The notes below the pieces were generated by a model. The model was not told the DNA's origin. It was given only the letters and a program-made list of their open reading frames with translations, and ran no database searches. Both the position numbers and the translations under genes were made by a program. A stretch of 64,000 nucleotides of DNA from Octopus sinensis (lineage: Eukaryota): NCBI RefSeq assembly GCF_006345805.1, contig NC_043001.1, positions 135,408,001 through 135,472,000 of the forward strand, written 5' to 3'. Positions 10,283-22,963 of this stretch are shown here, piece by piece. How positions within the stretch are numbered: the first letter of the stretch is position 1; every line of letters begins with the position of its first letter.

Positions 10283-13200
10283 GCCACCCTAATCCCTACC
10301 ATGCAAATGTATTGTCTTCTGCTATCACAAAGGCCTTTGGTCTAGAATTGCAGTTTTCTTTTTATTAGATTTGTTGGTTAACCCTAGGTCAACCATGATC
10401 CAAACCTAAGATCTAGTCTTTCATCTTTCTCCTCATTGGTGGACATGTTAATTAGCTGAAGGTCAACTTTATCCAGTAAACATGATCAAAAGCATTCCAC
10501 TAATGATCATCTTACCCTTTTAGGAGTATAAAGGATTACATTTATCTAATGTGTTACAAATGTAATTTGAGGGAAATTTGGTTGTTTTTTCTAGCAGGTC
10601 AAGTGACTGTATGGAAATTCTTATTGGCTGATGGAAGTTACATGTGGTTTTTAGATTTGGTCCTATTGCATGACTTCTTAGGCAAGTGTTTTCTACCACA
10701 GATCCAGGTGGATCAAAGTTTTGAGGGTGAAATTAAGTAGATGGAAACACTACAGAAACCTGTTAAGTAGAATATACCTGTTCTTGGTTGGTAAACATAA
10801 TCTTCCACCTTGTTTAATATTACTGTAGCAGAAGCATGATCACTCTTTACCTTTAGGTATCCACATTTTGCCTCTTTACCCTTTTAGTGTTGAAATAAAC
10901 GTTGCAGTCAATTTTATTGTGTCTTCATACTTATTAATGTTTGTTATCCTAACGCTTATTAACCCGGAAGATATTATTTACATTATTTACATTTGACGGA
11001 TATTTGTCCTCATCTTGTTTGTTGTTAACACACTGTTTTAGCTGATATACCCTCCAGCCTTCTTCAGGTGTCTTGGTGAAATTTCGAACCTTGATTTTCA
11101 TTCCTGAGGTATTTTTCAATGTTATTATTATTATTTTTATTGTTCAGGTCACTGCTTGGAATCGAACTCGGAATCTTGGGGTTAATAGCCCACACTCTTA
11201 ATGTACATAATTCCTTATCTCTTAAATATAGAACTGTATCCAGAAGATATATCACCAGGGCTTAAGCCACACATCCATCCTTTCCATTTTGCTAAATTAC
11301 CAACACTTGGTTCTTTGGGTGCTTTTAGTGAATCCACTCTAAGTACATTTGGTAAAGATCTGTGGTCCTATGGTCCATGCATGCATAGCAAGTTGTCGTT
11401 TCTTCCCTTCTTCAGTCTTGGAGAATATAGAAAGGCATGGGTGCAACACTCTCACTCATTCATAAAAAAATAATTTTGAAAAAAGCAACAAGAATTTGAA
11501 AGAATGTCAAAAATTATAATTGTAGTAATATCACTTTTTTATTCAGAAATATTACATTTCATGATTAATTTTCTCTTTCTATATTTTGAAAAATTATTCT
11601 TTGTTATTATAAAACTTATAATTAGCTTCGGATGAAAGAATGTATAAACTCTACAACATGTATTGAGTATTTTTTACTTCTGGTTAGACATATAATGATG
11701 TATATCTCCATCCAAGTTGCATTAAAATAATAAATGTCTTAATCCAGCATGATACCAGTTGTTTGCATATCTATACTTTATTCTATCATACACATACCAG
11801 CTCGATTGAAATAAGCCAATCCTCATTTAGGCAGCTATAGCATTTTAAGCAGCAGTTCAAGTTGGAGTTTAGGCAGAAAGTCAACCTGAGCATATATGTA
11901 AATATCATTGACATAATATTATATATGAAAATAGTAATTAGTTATAACATAATTGGTTAAATTCTTTGAAGTATGTCAGAATAATTATAGTACTGAACAG
12001 CAAGATACCTCTTGAGCTAATAATTAACTATGAAATTAGGGGTTCTGGTTTTTAATTTAATAGATCAAAATTGGTTGAATTTTTAAAACTGAAATTTAAA
12101 AAAAAAAAGTTAATTTTTTTTTAATAACTTCAGATTTAATTTTTAGTTTCTTAGATTACAGCTTAAAATTTCAAGTTAAATAAAATGAAAAAACCATTTT
12201 AAAAACCAAAATTGGATAATCCTCTAAAATTCCAAAATAGGATTTTGATGGCCAAATTTGATTTTTTGGTATTTTAAAAAAAAATCCAAATACAAGTTCA
12301 GATTTCAATTACACATTCAAAAAGAATTTGCGATTCAAATTTTCCCCTCTTGATTTTAATTTATGGAAACATGGCAGTTTTCTAAATTTGAAATTTCAAA
12401 CTGAATATGTGAGAAAAAAAAAATAGTATTCTAATCTTTGGAAATTACAGTCCTAAAAGAAATTGAGGGGTAACAAAAGAAGGCGAAATGGAGAGATGAA
12501 CCTGATATTTCAATAAAAAACCAAGTAATATCATTATTATAATAATTTTTAGCACACCAGCTATATAGGAATCAATTTTGTCATTTCCAACATAGTTTGC
12601 AAAAGGAAAGAAATCAAATCTTGTTTTCCTTTTTATTCAGGTTTCATCAAGATTCTCACAGGTTCTTTGAAAAGAATGTTGGAAATAATAATAATAATAA
12701 TAATGAAATATCAAAATTGAAACCATATACACCTATTTCCTTTGATGTTGTTGTTTTAATGTACCAGTAGCATTGGTGTCTATCAAACAACATTCCTATT
12801 GTTCCATCTGCAAAAGGCTTCAAGTCTTGCTATCCAAGGTTTCCACAAGGCTGTCATGATTCAGAGAGTAATAGGAATGGTGTTGGATGTGTCCGATCAA
12901 TAATACTGGCTGTTTAGTTCATCAAAGAGATGTGTCTATATATACCTGAAAAAGCAAAAAAATTTTAAGAATTAAATAACCATAAAATATTACTGTTTTT
13001 ACAAACATGCATGTATTAGTTTATTTGTTATTATGAGGAAGTACTGGCTGGGTTCACAGCCTTTTCATCTCTTTATGGAGAAGATGTCGCAATATGTGCA
13101 GTTGATGGTGAGTTTGTTTATTTATCAGGGGGATAGTTGGAGTAGAAGGTATAGGATCTGTTGATATTGATATAAACACACAGTATTTGGTGTTATGTTG

Positions 13201-14009
13201 AGGAGTTTGAAGGGAGAAGTGACAAGGTAATATTACCCAATGGCTGGACATGTTTTTATGGAAGATTGGAAATGATTGACACAATTTGTGAAAGTGACAC
13301 TTGTTTACAACTATTGTGCAATGTCAAGACAAGGAGACACAGACACACAAATATACTGACAAGGTTTTGGTTGGCCTGGGCCTATGGTATAAGACACTTG
13401 CGCCCAAGGTATCTTGCAGTGGGGCAGAACTCTATGTGATTGCAAAGCAAGCTTCTTAACCACATAACCATGTCTGCACCAGTATATTTTTGTAGATAGG
13501 TATCATGTGTAGAAGGCAGTGAGCTGCAGAAATGTTGGCATGCTGGGCAAAATGCTTAGCGGTATTTCGTCTGCCGCTACATTCTGAGTTCAAATTCCGC
13601 CGAGGTCAACTTTGCCTTTCATCCTTTCAGGGTCGATTAAATATGTACCAGTTACGCACTGGGGTCGATATAATCGACTTAATCCGTCTGTCCTTGTTTG
13701 TCTCCTGTGTTTAGCCCATTGTGGGTAGTAAAGAAATAGGTATCATGGGTAGGTATATCTCATTGCTGTAAGTAATGGCAACACTAGAAGTATCAAGCAT
13801 ATTGTAAAATCAAAGTGCTCAGTTTTGAGAATGGACATGGGCTGTGTAGATGAGCAGCTTGTTTTTCTACATGGCTCCATGTTCAATCCCATTGAGTAGC
13901 ACCTTGGGTACTGCTCAATGGGCTTGAGTAAGATTTCGTACTCAAATCTTACACAGAAACTGTGTGGAAGCCTGTTGAAATGACTTTTTTTCCCTTGTGG
14001 CTGGCAGAC

Positions 14010-14219
14010 TTAACCCTTTATCATTCACATTATTCTATCAAAAGCAATTCACACTGTTGTGAATAAATCATGCATTACATTGTAGTCTTGAGATTTTGTA
14101 GTATCTGTTAAGTTTTAGAATGATATTGTAGGGTTGGTGTAAGAGGCCAAATCTGGCCAGTTTCAACACAAAAAATATATTTTGACTGAATATGGCTGGT
14201 TTAAATGCTAAAGAGTTAA
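14010..14219. mobile_element. piggyBac-like MITE, second copy of the 10059 family
   Basis: TTAA-ccctttatcattc ... aaatgctaaagag-TTAA. Internal sequence aligns by eye with 10059-10282. Confidence 0.7.
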
Positions 14220-15087
14220 TCCACCACCTGGTTTAACATCATCTGGTCCATGAGAGTTTCCTCTGTTGCAAATATTTGGGCATGGTCTCCTGCCTGAGGA
14301 TAACTTTTGCTTTCCTTTCTACAAATCCCACAGGCCCTGAGAAAGGGCCATGAGCATGGCTCTTCTACTTCTAACAAAATTATTATCTTTTTATCTTTCA
14401 CTCTCTTCAGTCATTGGACTGAGGCTATGCTGGAACATTGCCCTGAAGGATTTAGTCAAACCAATTGACCCAGGTACTTTTTTTTATTTTTTAAAGTCTT
14501 GCACTAAGCAGTTTCAGCAAGAGAAACTGATGAACTAAGTTACAGGGATGTAAACAAACCAACACCAGCTGTTAAGTAGAGGTGGGATAACATACAAAAA
14601 CACAGACACACATACATTATACATATGCATACATAACACAGTTTCTGTCAATCAAATTCACTCACAAGACATTAGTTGGCCTGGGGATATAGTAGAAGAC
14701 ACTTGCCAAGGGTACCATGTAGAGGGGATTGAACCAGAAACCATGTAGTTTCAAAGCAAGCTTCTTAACCATAGAGCTATGCCTGTGCCTATTCACCTTC
14801 ACCTTGATACCTTGACCGATCAGTCCGTCAGGCGTCCATTTGACACCGCTGGTCACAGCATACTGTCCACTCCTCTCTGGATCGCACCTTTTTCATCCAT
14901 GTGATCCCAATCGTCCTCCTGAAATCGTAACTCCACCGACGTGGAGGCCTTCCGGATGGTCGTTTCCGCTCGCACGGGTACCACTCGACAACTGCGTAGG
15001 TCCACCGATTAATGAAAGTTTAAGTCCTATTCATGTCCGGGGTTAGGAAAATATAAATATATTGCTGTGCCTAATTATTGAGTTCTG

Positions 15088-15316
15088 TTAACCCTTTCGT
15101 TACCAATCCGGCTGAAACCGGCTCTGGCTCTGTTGTACAAATGTCTTGTTTTCTTAAGGTGTCAATTAAAATCTTCCACCAAACCTTAGTCACAATTTCT
15201 GTTCCTAACACTAGCTGAATGATAACTAAGTTATTTTACTAAATTCTTTGTTATATTTAAAGTAATTGAAAGAAATACAGAACATCTCAAAATAAATACA
15301 GTAACGAAAGGGTTAA
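15088..15316. mobile_element. piggyBac-like MITE, 221 bp, perfect 12-bp TIRs
   Basis: TTAA (15088-91) + ccctttcgttac ... gtaacgaaaggg + TTAA (15313-16). Confidence 0.85.
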
Positions 15317-15436
15317 GGTAGTGGATAAAAAAACAAAAGATACTGCTGTACCCAACCTTAGACCACAGTCTGTAATAATCTCTGTCAATTTTGCTGTCAT
15401 CAGTTCAAAGCCTTTTGTATGTCTATATATTCCTCT

Positions 15437-16290
15437 GGAGGAGCCGTTGACCATTCTGCAAGATTCCCTTTGGGCCTCTGTTGCTAAATCGATATCCCCA
15501 TTCACCAAAGATTCATCAATAATGATGCCTTGTCGTTTTTGCTGGAGGAGTCGTTGACCATTCTGCAAGATTCCCTTTGGTCCCCTGTTGCTAAATCGAT
15601 ATCCTCATTCACCAAAGATTCATCAATAATGATGCCTTGTCGTTTTTGCTGGAGGAGTCGTTGACCATTCTGCAAGATTCCCTTTGGACCCCTGTTGCTA
15701 AATCGATATCCCCATTCACCAAAGATTCATCAATAATGATGCCTTGTCGTTTTTGCTGGAGGAGTCGTTGACCATTCTGCAAGATTCCCTTTGGGCCCCT
15801 GTTGCTAAATCGATATCACCATTCACCAAAGATTCATCAATAATGATGCCTTGTCGTTTTTGCTGGAGGAGTCGTTGACCATTCTGCAAGATTCCCTTTG
15901 GGCCCCTGTTGCTAAATCGATATCACCATTCACCAAAGATTCATCAATAATGATGCCTTGTCGTTTTTGCTGGAGGAGTCGTTGACCATTCTGCAAGATT
16001 CCCTTTGGGCCCCTGTTGCTAAATCGATATCCTCATTCACCAAAGATTCATCAATAATGATGCCTTGTCGTTTTTGCTGGAGGAGTCGTTGACCATTCTG
16101 CAAGATTCCTTTTGGTCCCTTGTTGCTAAATCGATATCCCCATTCACCAAAGATTCATCAATAATGATGCCTTGTCGTTTTTGCTGGAGGAGTCGTTGAC
16201 CATTCTGCAAGATTCCCTTTGGGCCCCTGTTGCTAAATCGATATCCCCATTCACCAAAGATTCATCAATAATGATGCCTTGTCGTTTTTG
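15437..16290. repeat. Tandem array, 8 units of 107 bp, near-identical
   Basis: ggaggag unit starts at 15437, 15544, 15651, 15758, 15865, 15972, 16079 and 16186 (exact 107-bp period). Confidence 0.97.
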
Positions 16291-17224
16291 GTTTAGGTTA
16301 AATAGGCTTGGAGCTATGACTCAACAGATTCTTCTGTCACCACAATATGCATGCACTGTTAAGTTGTTTTACATGCATGAAGAGTGAATGTGATCAATAA
16401 TATCTATTGAGTGATGGGATAAGGAAAGGAGAAGTTCTCCGTTTGCCATTCTAACCTAGTGCGTGAACACACACACACAAACCTATGCACATAAATACAT
16501 GTATACACATGCACAAACAAACATATACTATACATATACACACACATACATATATCATATACACAGATAAATAAATATATATATATACATGCACCCATGC
16601 ATGCATATATAAAACGTGTATGCTCTTCTGATTGACTTGGCTGTTTATTCTGCTGCTTCATGTGTGTGTACTGGCATAAACATCAATAATGTTTATGCCA
16701 ATCAACACACACATACATATATGTTTATGCCTATAGTTCATTGCTGATCATAGTGGAGTGAGAAGTTGTTAGATTATGGGGGTAGGGAAAGGCAGGGGAC
16801 TTTGATGTGTTAATGTATGTGTGTATGTATATATATATATATATATATAATATATATATATATAGTGAGAATTTACAAAAAGACGAAGACGGGTGTGTAA
16901 ACAACAACAAACAAATATATTAGTTTAACACTCGGGAAGTGGGAAAGTCTTTCATATATATATATATATCGCCTTCACCTTCGAAACGTAGAGTAGATGA
17001 AACCATGGCGACTGAAGAAGGGGTTTTTTTCTTTGTGTTATTTGTCCTGTACTCTTTTTTTGTTGTTTAAGAAAAATGTCCAGTTCCTTGTGTTTGTGTC
17101 TATGTTTTCGTTTCTCATTGTGTTCGACGTCTTTTTGGTGTCCTGTACTCATATATGCGTGTATATATACATGTAGAGGTAGGTACGTACATATATGTAC
17201 ATATATATGCATATGTTTTATTTA

Positions 17225-17275
<51 letters not shown>

Positions 17276-18062
17276 GCTCTTTTACTTGTTTCAGTCATTT
17301 GACTGTGGCCATGCTGGAGCACGGACTTTAGTCGACCAAATCGACCCCAGGACTTATTCTTTGTAAGCCTAGTACTTATTCTATCAGCCTCTTTTGCTGA
17401 ACTGCTAAGTTACAGGGATGTAAACATACCAACATTGGTTGTCAAGTGGTATAGTATATAGTAGTAGAGCAGTATCATAGTATGTAGTAGTGGTGTGGTA
17501 TATATCTGTCCATACACACACACACATTATATATATATATACACTTACATATATATACACACACACACATCGTTTTTTGTTTTTAAAATCTTTTTATTTG
17601 TTTCAGTCATTAGACTGTGGCCATACTGGGGCACCATCTTGAATTTTTTTTTTTTAGTCAAATGAATCGACACAAGTACTTTTTTTTTAAGCCTGATACT
17701 TATTCTATCGGTCTCTTGCCAAACTACTAAGTTATGGGGGCTCAAAAACACTAACACTAATTGTCAAGTGGTGGGGGTGGACGGCAACAAACACACACAT
17801 ACACACACACATGACATGCTTCATCCTACCAAATCCACTCACAAGGCTTTTGTTGGCCTGAAGCTATAGTAAAAGACACTTGCCCAAAGTGCCATGCAGT
17901 GGGACTGAACCTGGAACCATGTGGTTGGGAAGCAAGCCTCTTACCACATAGCATTGCATATGCCTTTGTGTGTGTGTGTATATATATATATATATGTGTG
18001 TGTGTATATATATATATGTGTGTGTATATATATATATATATGTGTGTGTGTGTATATATATA

Positions 18063-18113
<51 letters not shown>

Positions 18114-18608
18114 ATATATATATATGTGTGTATATATATATAGTCCAAAAATGCAAAAAACATAAAAACAAGGTGAATGAACAATATATATATACATCTA
18201 TCAACCAATGCTAGCATGGAAAACAGACAATAAACGATGATGATGATATAAATATACACACCTACATGTACATACATACATATACATATAGACACACACA
18301 TATATACATACATACACATATACATACACACACACATATATACATCATTATTGTTTAACGTCCATTTTCCATGTTGGCATGGGTTGGAGGGTTCAATTGG
18401 GTCTGGGAAGCCAAGAGGCTGTACCAGGCTCTACTCTAATCTGGCAGTATTTCTACAGCTGGATACCCTTCCTAATGCCAACCAATCCGAGAGTGTAGTA
18501 GGTGCTTTTTACGTGCCACCGGCACGGGTGTCACTACTACAATTTCCATTTGATTTGATTTTGATGTACTTGATGATGATACATATATATACACATATAT
18601 ATACATAT

Positions 18609-18675
<67 letters not shown>

Positions 18676-18678
<3 letters not shown>

Positions 18679-19068
18679 TCTTTTACTCTTTTACTTGTTT
18701 CAGTCATTTGACTGCGGCCATGCTGGAGCACCGCCTTTAGTCGAGCAAATCGACCCCGGGACTTATTCTTTGTTAGCCCAGTACTTATTCTATCGGACTC
18801 TTTTGCTGAACCGCTAAGTGACGGGGACGTAAACACATCACCATCGGTTGTTAAGCAATGCTAGGGGGACAAACACAGACACACAAACACATATACATAC
18901 ATATATACGACAGGCTTCTTTCAGTTTCCGTCTACCAAATCCACTCACAAGGCATTGGTCGGCCCGGGGCTGTAGCAGAAGACACTTGCCCAAGATGCCA
19001 CGCAGTGGGACTGAACCTGGAACCATGTGGTTGGTTAGCAAGCTACTTACCACACAGCCACTCCTGCG

Positions 19069-19071
<3 letters not shown>
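18676..19071 (-). mobile_element. Full-length family AB SINE
   Basis: Same head, body and aaaagagt tail as 5225-5632; flanked by (TA)n on both sides. Confidence 0.9.
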
Positions 19072-19122
<51 letters not shown>

Positions 19123-19306
19123 TGATATGCTGGTGGTGTTGTTTAGCCCCAGTTCATCATTGATCTTGTATACCATCTGATTATATGTCGTTCTAGCCAT
19201 GACCACCCCATCTTTATTTTCACAGTAGCCTCCATTATCTCATGTGTCCTTTCATTATTTAATTCAAGCAAATCAGATTGATTGCAACTACACTAGAGAG
19301 ACTCAC

Positions 19307-19621
19307 TTGCTGCCTTGTAGTAGTTCGGGTGGTGGTGGTGAAATGGTTGAGGTGTGTGTGGTAGTGGTTGTGTTGCCGGGGGAAGTAGACTGGGCCATGA
19401 AGTGTAATAGTGTCTTGGTATGGTGGTGGTGATGGTAAGAGTAGTGTCTGGGTGTGGTAGTGGGCGTAGTAGTACCCAGGTGTGGTATGACAGTGAGAGG
19501 GTGGTGTCTCTGGTTGATGTATAACAAACAGTATGATGTGTGGGTAGGTGTTATGCAAGGGAGGTGTTCTGACATATGGTGGCGGTGCGTGACCTGTGGT
19601 ACATGCAGCGTTGCGTAACAG
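19307..19621 (-). CDS. Candidate 315-nt internal exon of an unidentified minus-strand gene (Thr/His/Pro-rich)
   Basis: Acceptor ttatttcag| before 19621 and donor gcagcaa|GTGAGT after 19307; two of three frames are open throughout. No recognisable domain, and the C/A-rich strand is naturally poor in stops. Confidence 0.25.
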
Positions 19622-20471
19622 CTGAAATAAAGTGTGATGTCATAGAGCAGCTGAGATTAACAGTAGAAGGGGCGTAGCAGTGGTGGTGGTGGTGGGAGTA
19701 GGGGAGGTGGAGGAGAAGAGTGTCTGGCAATAAGATGTTTTAGCTAAATTAGATGTCTTGTTGTCATGGAGATGGTGACGGTGATGATAGCGGCAGCAGT
19801 GGTGATTGTAGTGGCGGTGGTGGCGGTGACATGGTGGATAAAAGGTTTTGGTTTGACTAACCAGCTGGCAAGAAGATGATGGTGTTGGTGGTGGTGGTGT
19901 TGGAAGTTTTCCCTCTACTGAACACACATTAAAAAAACAAACAAACATACAAACAAACGCAAGTCAACTGAAGCCACTTACTTGATAAATTACATTTGTT
20001 TGTCTTAAAAACAGTTTGATGAGATTGTTTTTTTTTTTTGAGATATTTCCTATCCTTTTCCTACCTCTTTTATCGATCACTTGCTCACAACTCCCAGCCG
20101 TACAGAACCATTAAGCTCGACACCACCACTACCACCACAACCACCACCACCACCACAACCACCACCACCACCACCGCTATCACTGCAGCTCTGCAGCAGA
20201 GAAAGACTTCCACTGGACAAACGCAGGAATACGTCACCGCCAACCGATAATAGCCAAGACATATTGCTGATGCTGTTGGTGTGATGCTGCAATGCTCAGC
20301 AATATATAAACATAGCCATCTTCACAGCGCTAACTTATTACAGTTCTTCGTTATGATGCAACAGATGCAGCAGCCGTCGTCATTGAAGAATGTGTTTTAA
20401 CATAATCTATATTTATATAAAACAAAAGTTGATCAATTTCCTTCAGTTTTCTTTTCTTTTTTTTTTTGTTC

Positions 20472-20880
20472 AGACGCAGGAGTGGCTGTGTGGTAAGTAG
20501 CTTGCTAACCAACCACATGGTTCCGGGTTCAGTCCCACTGCATGGCATCTTGGGCAAGTGTCTTCTGCTATAGCCCCAGGCCGACCAATGCCTTGTGAGT
20601 GGATTTGGTAGACAGAAACTGAAAGAAGCCTGTCGTATATATGTATATATATATATATGTATGCGTGTGTGTTTGTGTGTCTGTGTATGTTCCCCTAGCA
20701 TTGCTTGACAACCGATGCTGGTGTGTTTACGTCCCCGTCACTTAGCGGTTCGGCAAAAAGAGACCGATAGAATAAGTACTGGGCTTACAAAAAGAATAAG
20801 TCCCGGGGTCGAGTTGCTCGACTAAAGGCGGTGCTCCAGCATGGCCGCAGTCAAATGACTGAAACAAGTAAAAGAGTAAA
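20472..20880 (+). mobile_element. Full-length family AB SINE
   Basis: agacgcaggagtggctgtgtgg head to gtaaaagagtaaa tail. Further copies near 14395-14790(-), 17590-17960(-), 21955-22315(-), 43405-43825(+), 50335-50710(-), 52167-52642(-), 57816-58223(+), 59250-59650(+). Confidence 0.9.
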
Positions 20881-21608
20881 CTGAACTGAAAGAGTGTAGG
20901 TGTGGGTATGTGGTTAACAAGTTCACTTTGTAGTAATGTGGTTTTGGAAGTACTAAGGTCAATTTGACTAAAGCCCTTCAAGGTGGTGCCTCAGTATGGA
21001 TGCAGTCCAATGATTGAAACAAGCAACAGAATAAAAGAATTTTATTTTGATTTTTGGCATTTTATTTTTATTATATAACGTTATGAATGTAGTGAGCTGG
21101 CAGAATTGTAAGTACGCCAGACAAAATACTCAGCAGCATTGTCTTTACGTTCTGAGTTCAAATTCTACCAAAGTTGGCTTTGCCTTTCATCTTATGGAGA
21201 CCAATGAAAGAAGTACCAGTTGTATATTGAGGTTAATGTAATTGACTATCATCCTCCCACTAAGTTTCAAGCCTTGAGCCTATAGTACAAAGGATTAGTT
21301 CCAAAATAATATCTGACCGAACGGACCATTAATCAAAGGTGTGTCAACCATGACCTAACCAAGGACTATATTACCCATGGTGTTCTTTTTAGGGAGGCAG
21401 TAATGTGTGATGTGAGGGAGCCTTATCTGTTATATCTAGCAGGTTGAATGACCCTACGGAGGCATCTTTTTGAGCTGTGTTTTGCTCTTATACCCAATGT
21501 TTTACCTTATATGTAAGAAAACAAAAGGACCTACAGATAGCCTAACAGACAAGGTATGAAACAGCACTGAGAGGTCGGTGGCCTGTCTACTGCAACCAGC
21601 TCTATATG

Positions 21609-22428
21609 CAGTGCTGGATTAACCGTTAAACAAAATAAGCACATGCTTAGGGCATTAAGGGAAGGAAGGGGCGCCACAAAAATGGTAAATGGTTTATGGC
21701 ACAAAAGAAATCACTTTAAACTTGCTAAAATAATATTCATAAAACCCTGTCTCTATTAAGTATAGGAGTAGAAGTTTTACATAAAATTAATTTTAACAAT
21801 ATCATTGAAGCCTTTGCAATTAAATTTAAAAAACGAAGGAGAAGACTTTTCAAATATATATAAAGTGGAAGTATACAAAAATAAACATTGTTCCATCTCA
21901 CTGTTAGTTTTGTTTAATTTTGAAAAATAAAAATTTGTTTTATGGTTTGTTATTCTCTCTTTTACTTGTTTCAGTCATCTGTCTGTGGCCATGCTGGAGT
22001 TCCGCCTTTAGTTGAGCAAACTGACCCCAGGACTTATCCTTTGTAAGCCTAGTACTTATTCTATCAGTCTCTTTTGCAGAATCGCTAAGTTACGGGGACA
22101 TAAACACACCAGCATTGGTTGTCAAGTGATGTTAGGGTTAGTGGGGACAAACACAGACTCACAAACATACACACACACACACACACACATATATATATGT
22201 CTACCAAATCCACACACAAGTGGAAGACACTTGCCCAAGGTGCCACACAGTGGGACTGAACCCAGAACCATGTGGTTGGTAAGCAAGCTACTTACCACAC
22301 AGCCACTCCTGTACCTATTGTTTACATTTTAAATTATTTTTGTTTATATTTTCAACTATTTACATATACTTGAGGGCACCAAAACCTTTTAAGTGTTTAG
22401 AGCCTCTATGAGTGTTAATCTGGCTCTG
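21609..22428 (+). mobile_element. Internally deleted hAT-like DNA transposon remnant with a nested AB SINE
   Basis: Imperfect 14-bp TIRs cagtgctggattaa / ttaatctggctctg (3 mismatches). Frame from 21747 reads LSLLSIGVEVLHKINFNNIIEAFAIKFKKRR, resembling the hAT C-terminal dimerisation tail. Possible 8-bp TSD matches only 5/8. Confidence 0.5.
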
Positions 22429-22930
22429 ACTATGTTAGTGAAATGGCACAGTCCAATTTACTGTAAGTAGGTAGGGGTTTCACATTAGAAAAAAACGGTA
22501 GCACCTTAAAATTGATAAGTATTTTATTGACTAGTGTTGATTTTCAGTTTACAGGTATAATGGCATTCTATTGGCAAAGGGAATTGGGAAGAAATTTCTT
22601 GTTTGTTTAACATTAAGGAAACTGGTGATAGGTATAGCTGTGTGGCTAAGAAATTTGCTGCACAATAGCTTTGAGGGTCTGAGTTCAATCCCACAGTGTG
22701 GCATCTTGAGCAAGTGCATTGGGTTGACCAATGCCTTGTAAGTGGAGTTTGGTAAGTGGGAATTATGTAGAAGCCTGTCATGTATGTGTGTATCTTTTGT
22801 CAATATATAGAGTGGGCCAAAAGTCATGCACAAAATAAATTCAAGATGCTCTGAAATTGACAAAGATATGTGTCAATAACATAAATAAAATAATGATGTA
22901 TACATATGTACTTGCTGATGATGAACAAAA

Positions 22931-22963
<33 letters not shown>

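Noticed and set aside
11027-11072. Hammerhead-like motif on minus (CUGAAGA-a-ggcu..agcu-AAAA)
   Set aside because: G12 is replaced by A and the cleavage triplet is lost; at most a decayed relative.
12915-12945. GIYRH peptide seen both here and after the 107-bp array
   Set aside because: Comes from low-complexity tatataga sequence with no extended similarity.
16970-17025. tcgaaacgta followed by ctgaagaagggg (hammerhead halves in reversed order)
   Set aside because: Stem I does not pair, and no complete motif can be built.
20472-20550. tRNA genes at SINE heads (families AB, C, E, F)
   Set aside because: A/B boxes are present, but there is no full cloverleaf and each continues into a SINE body.
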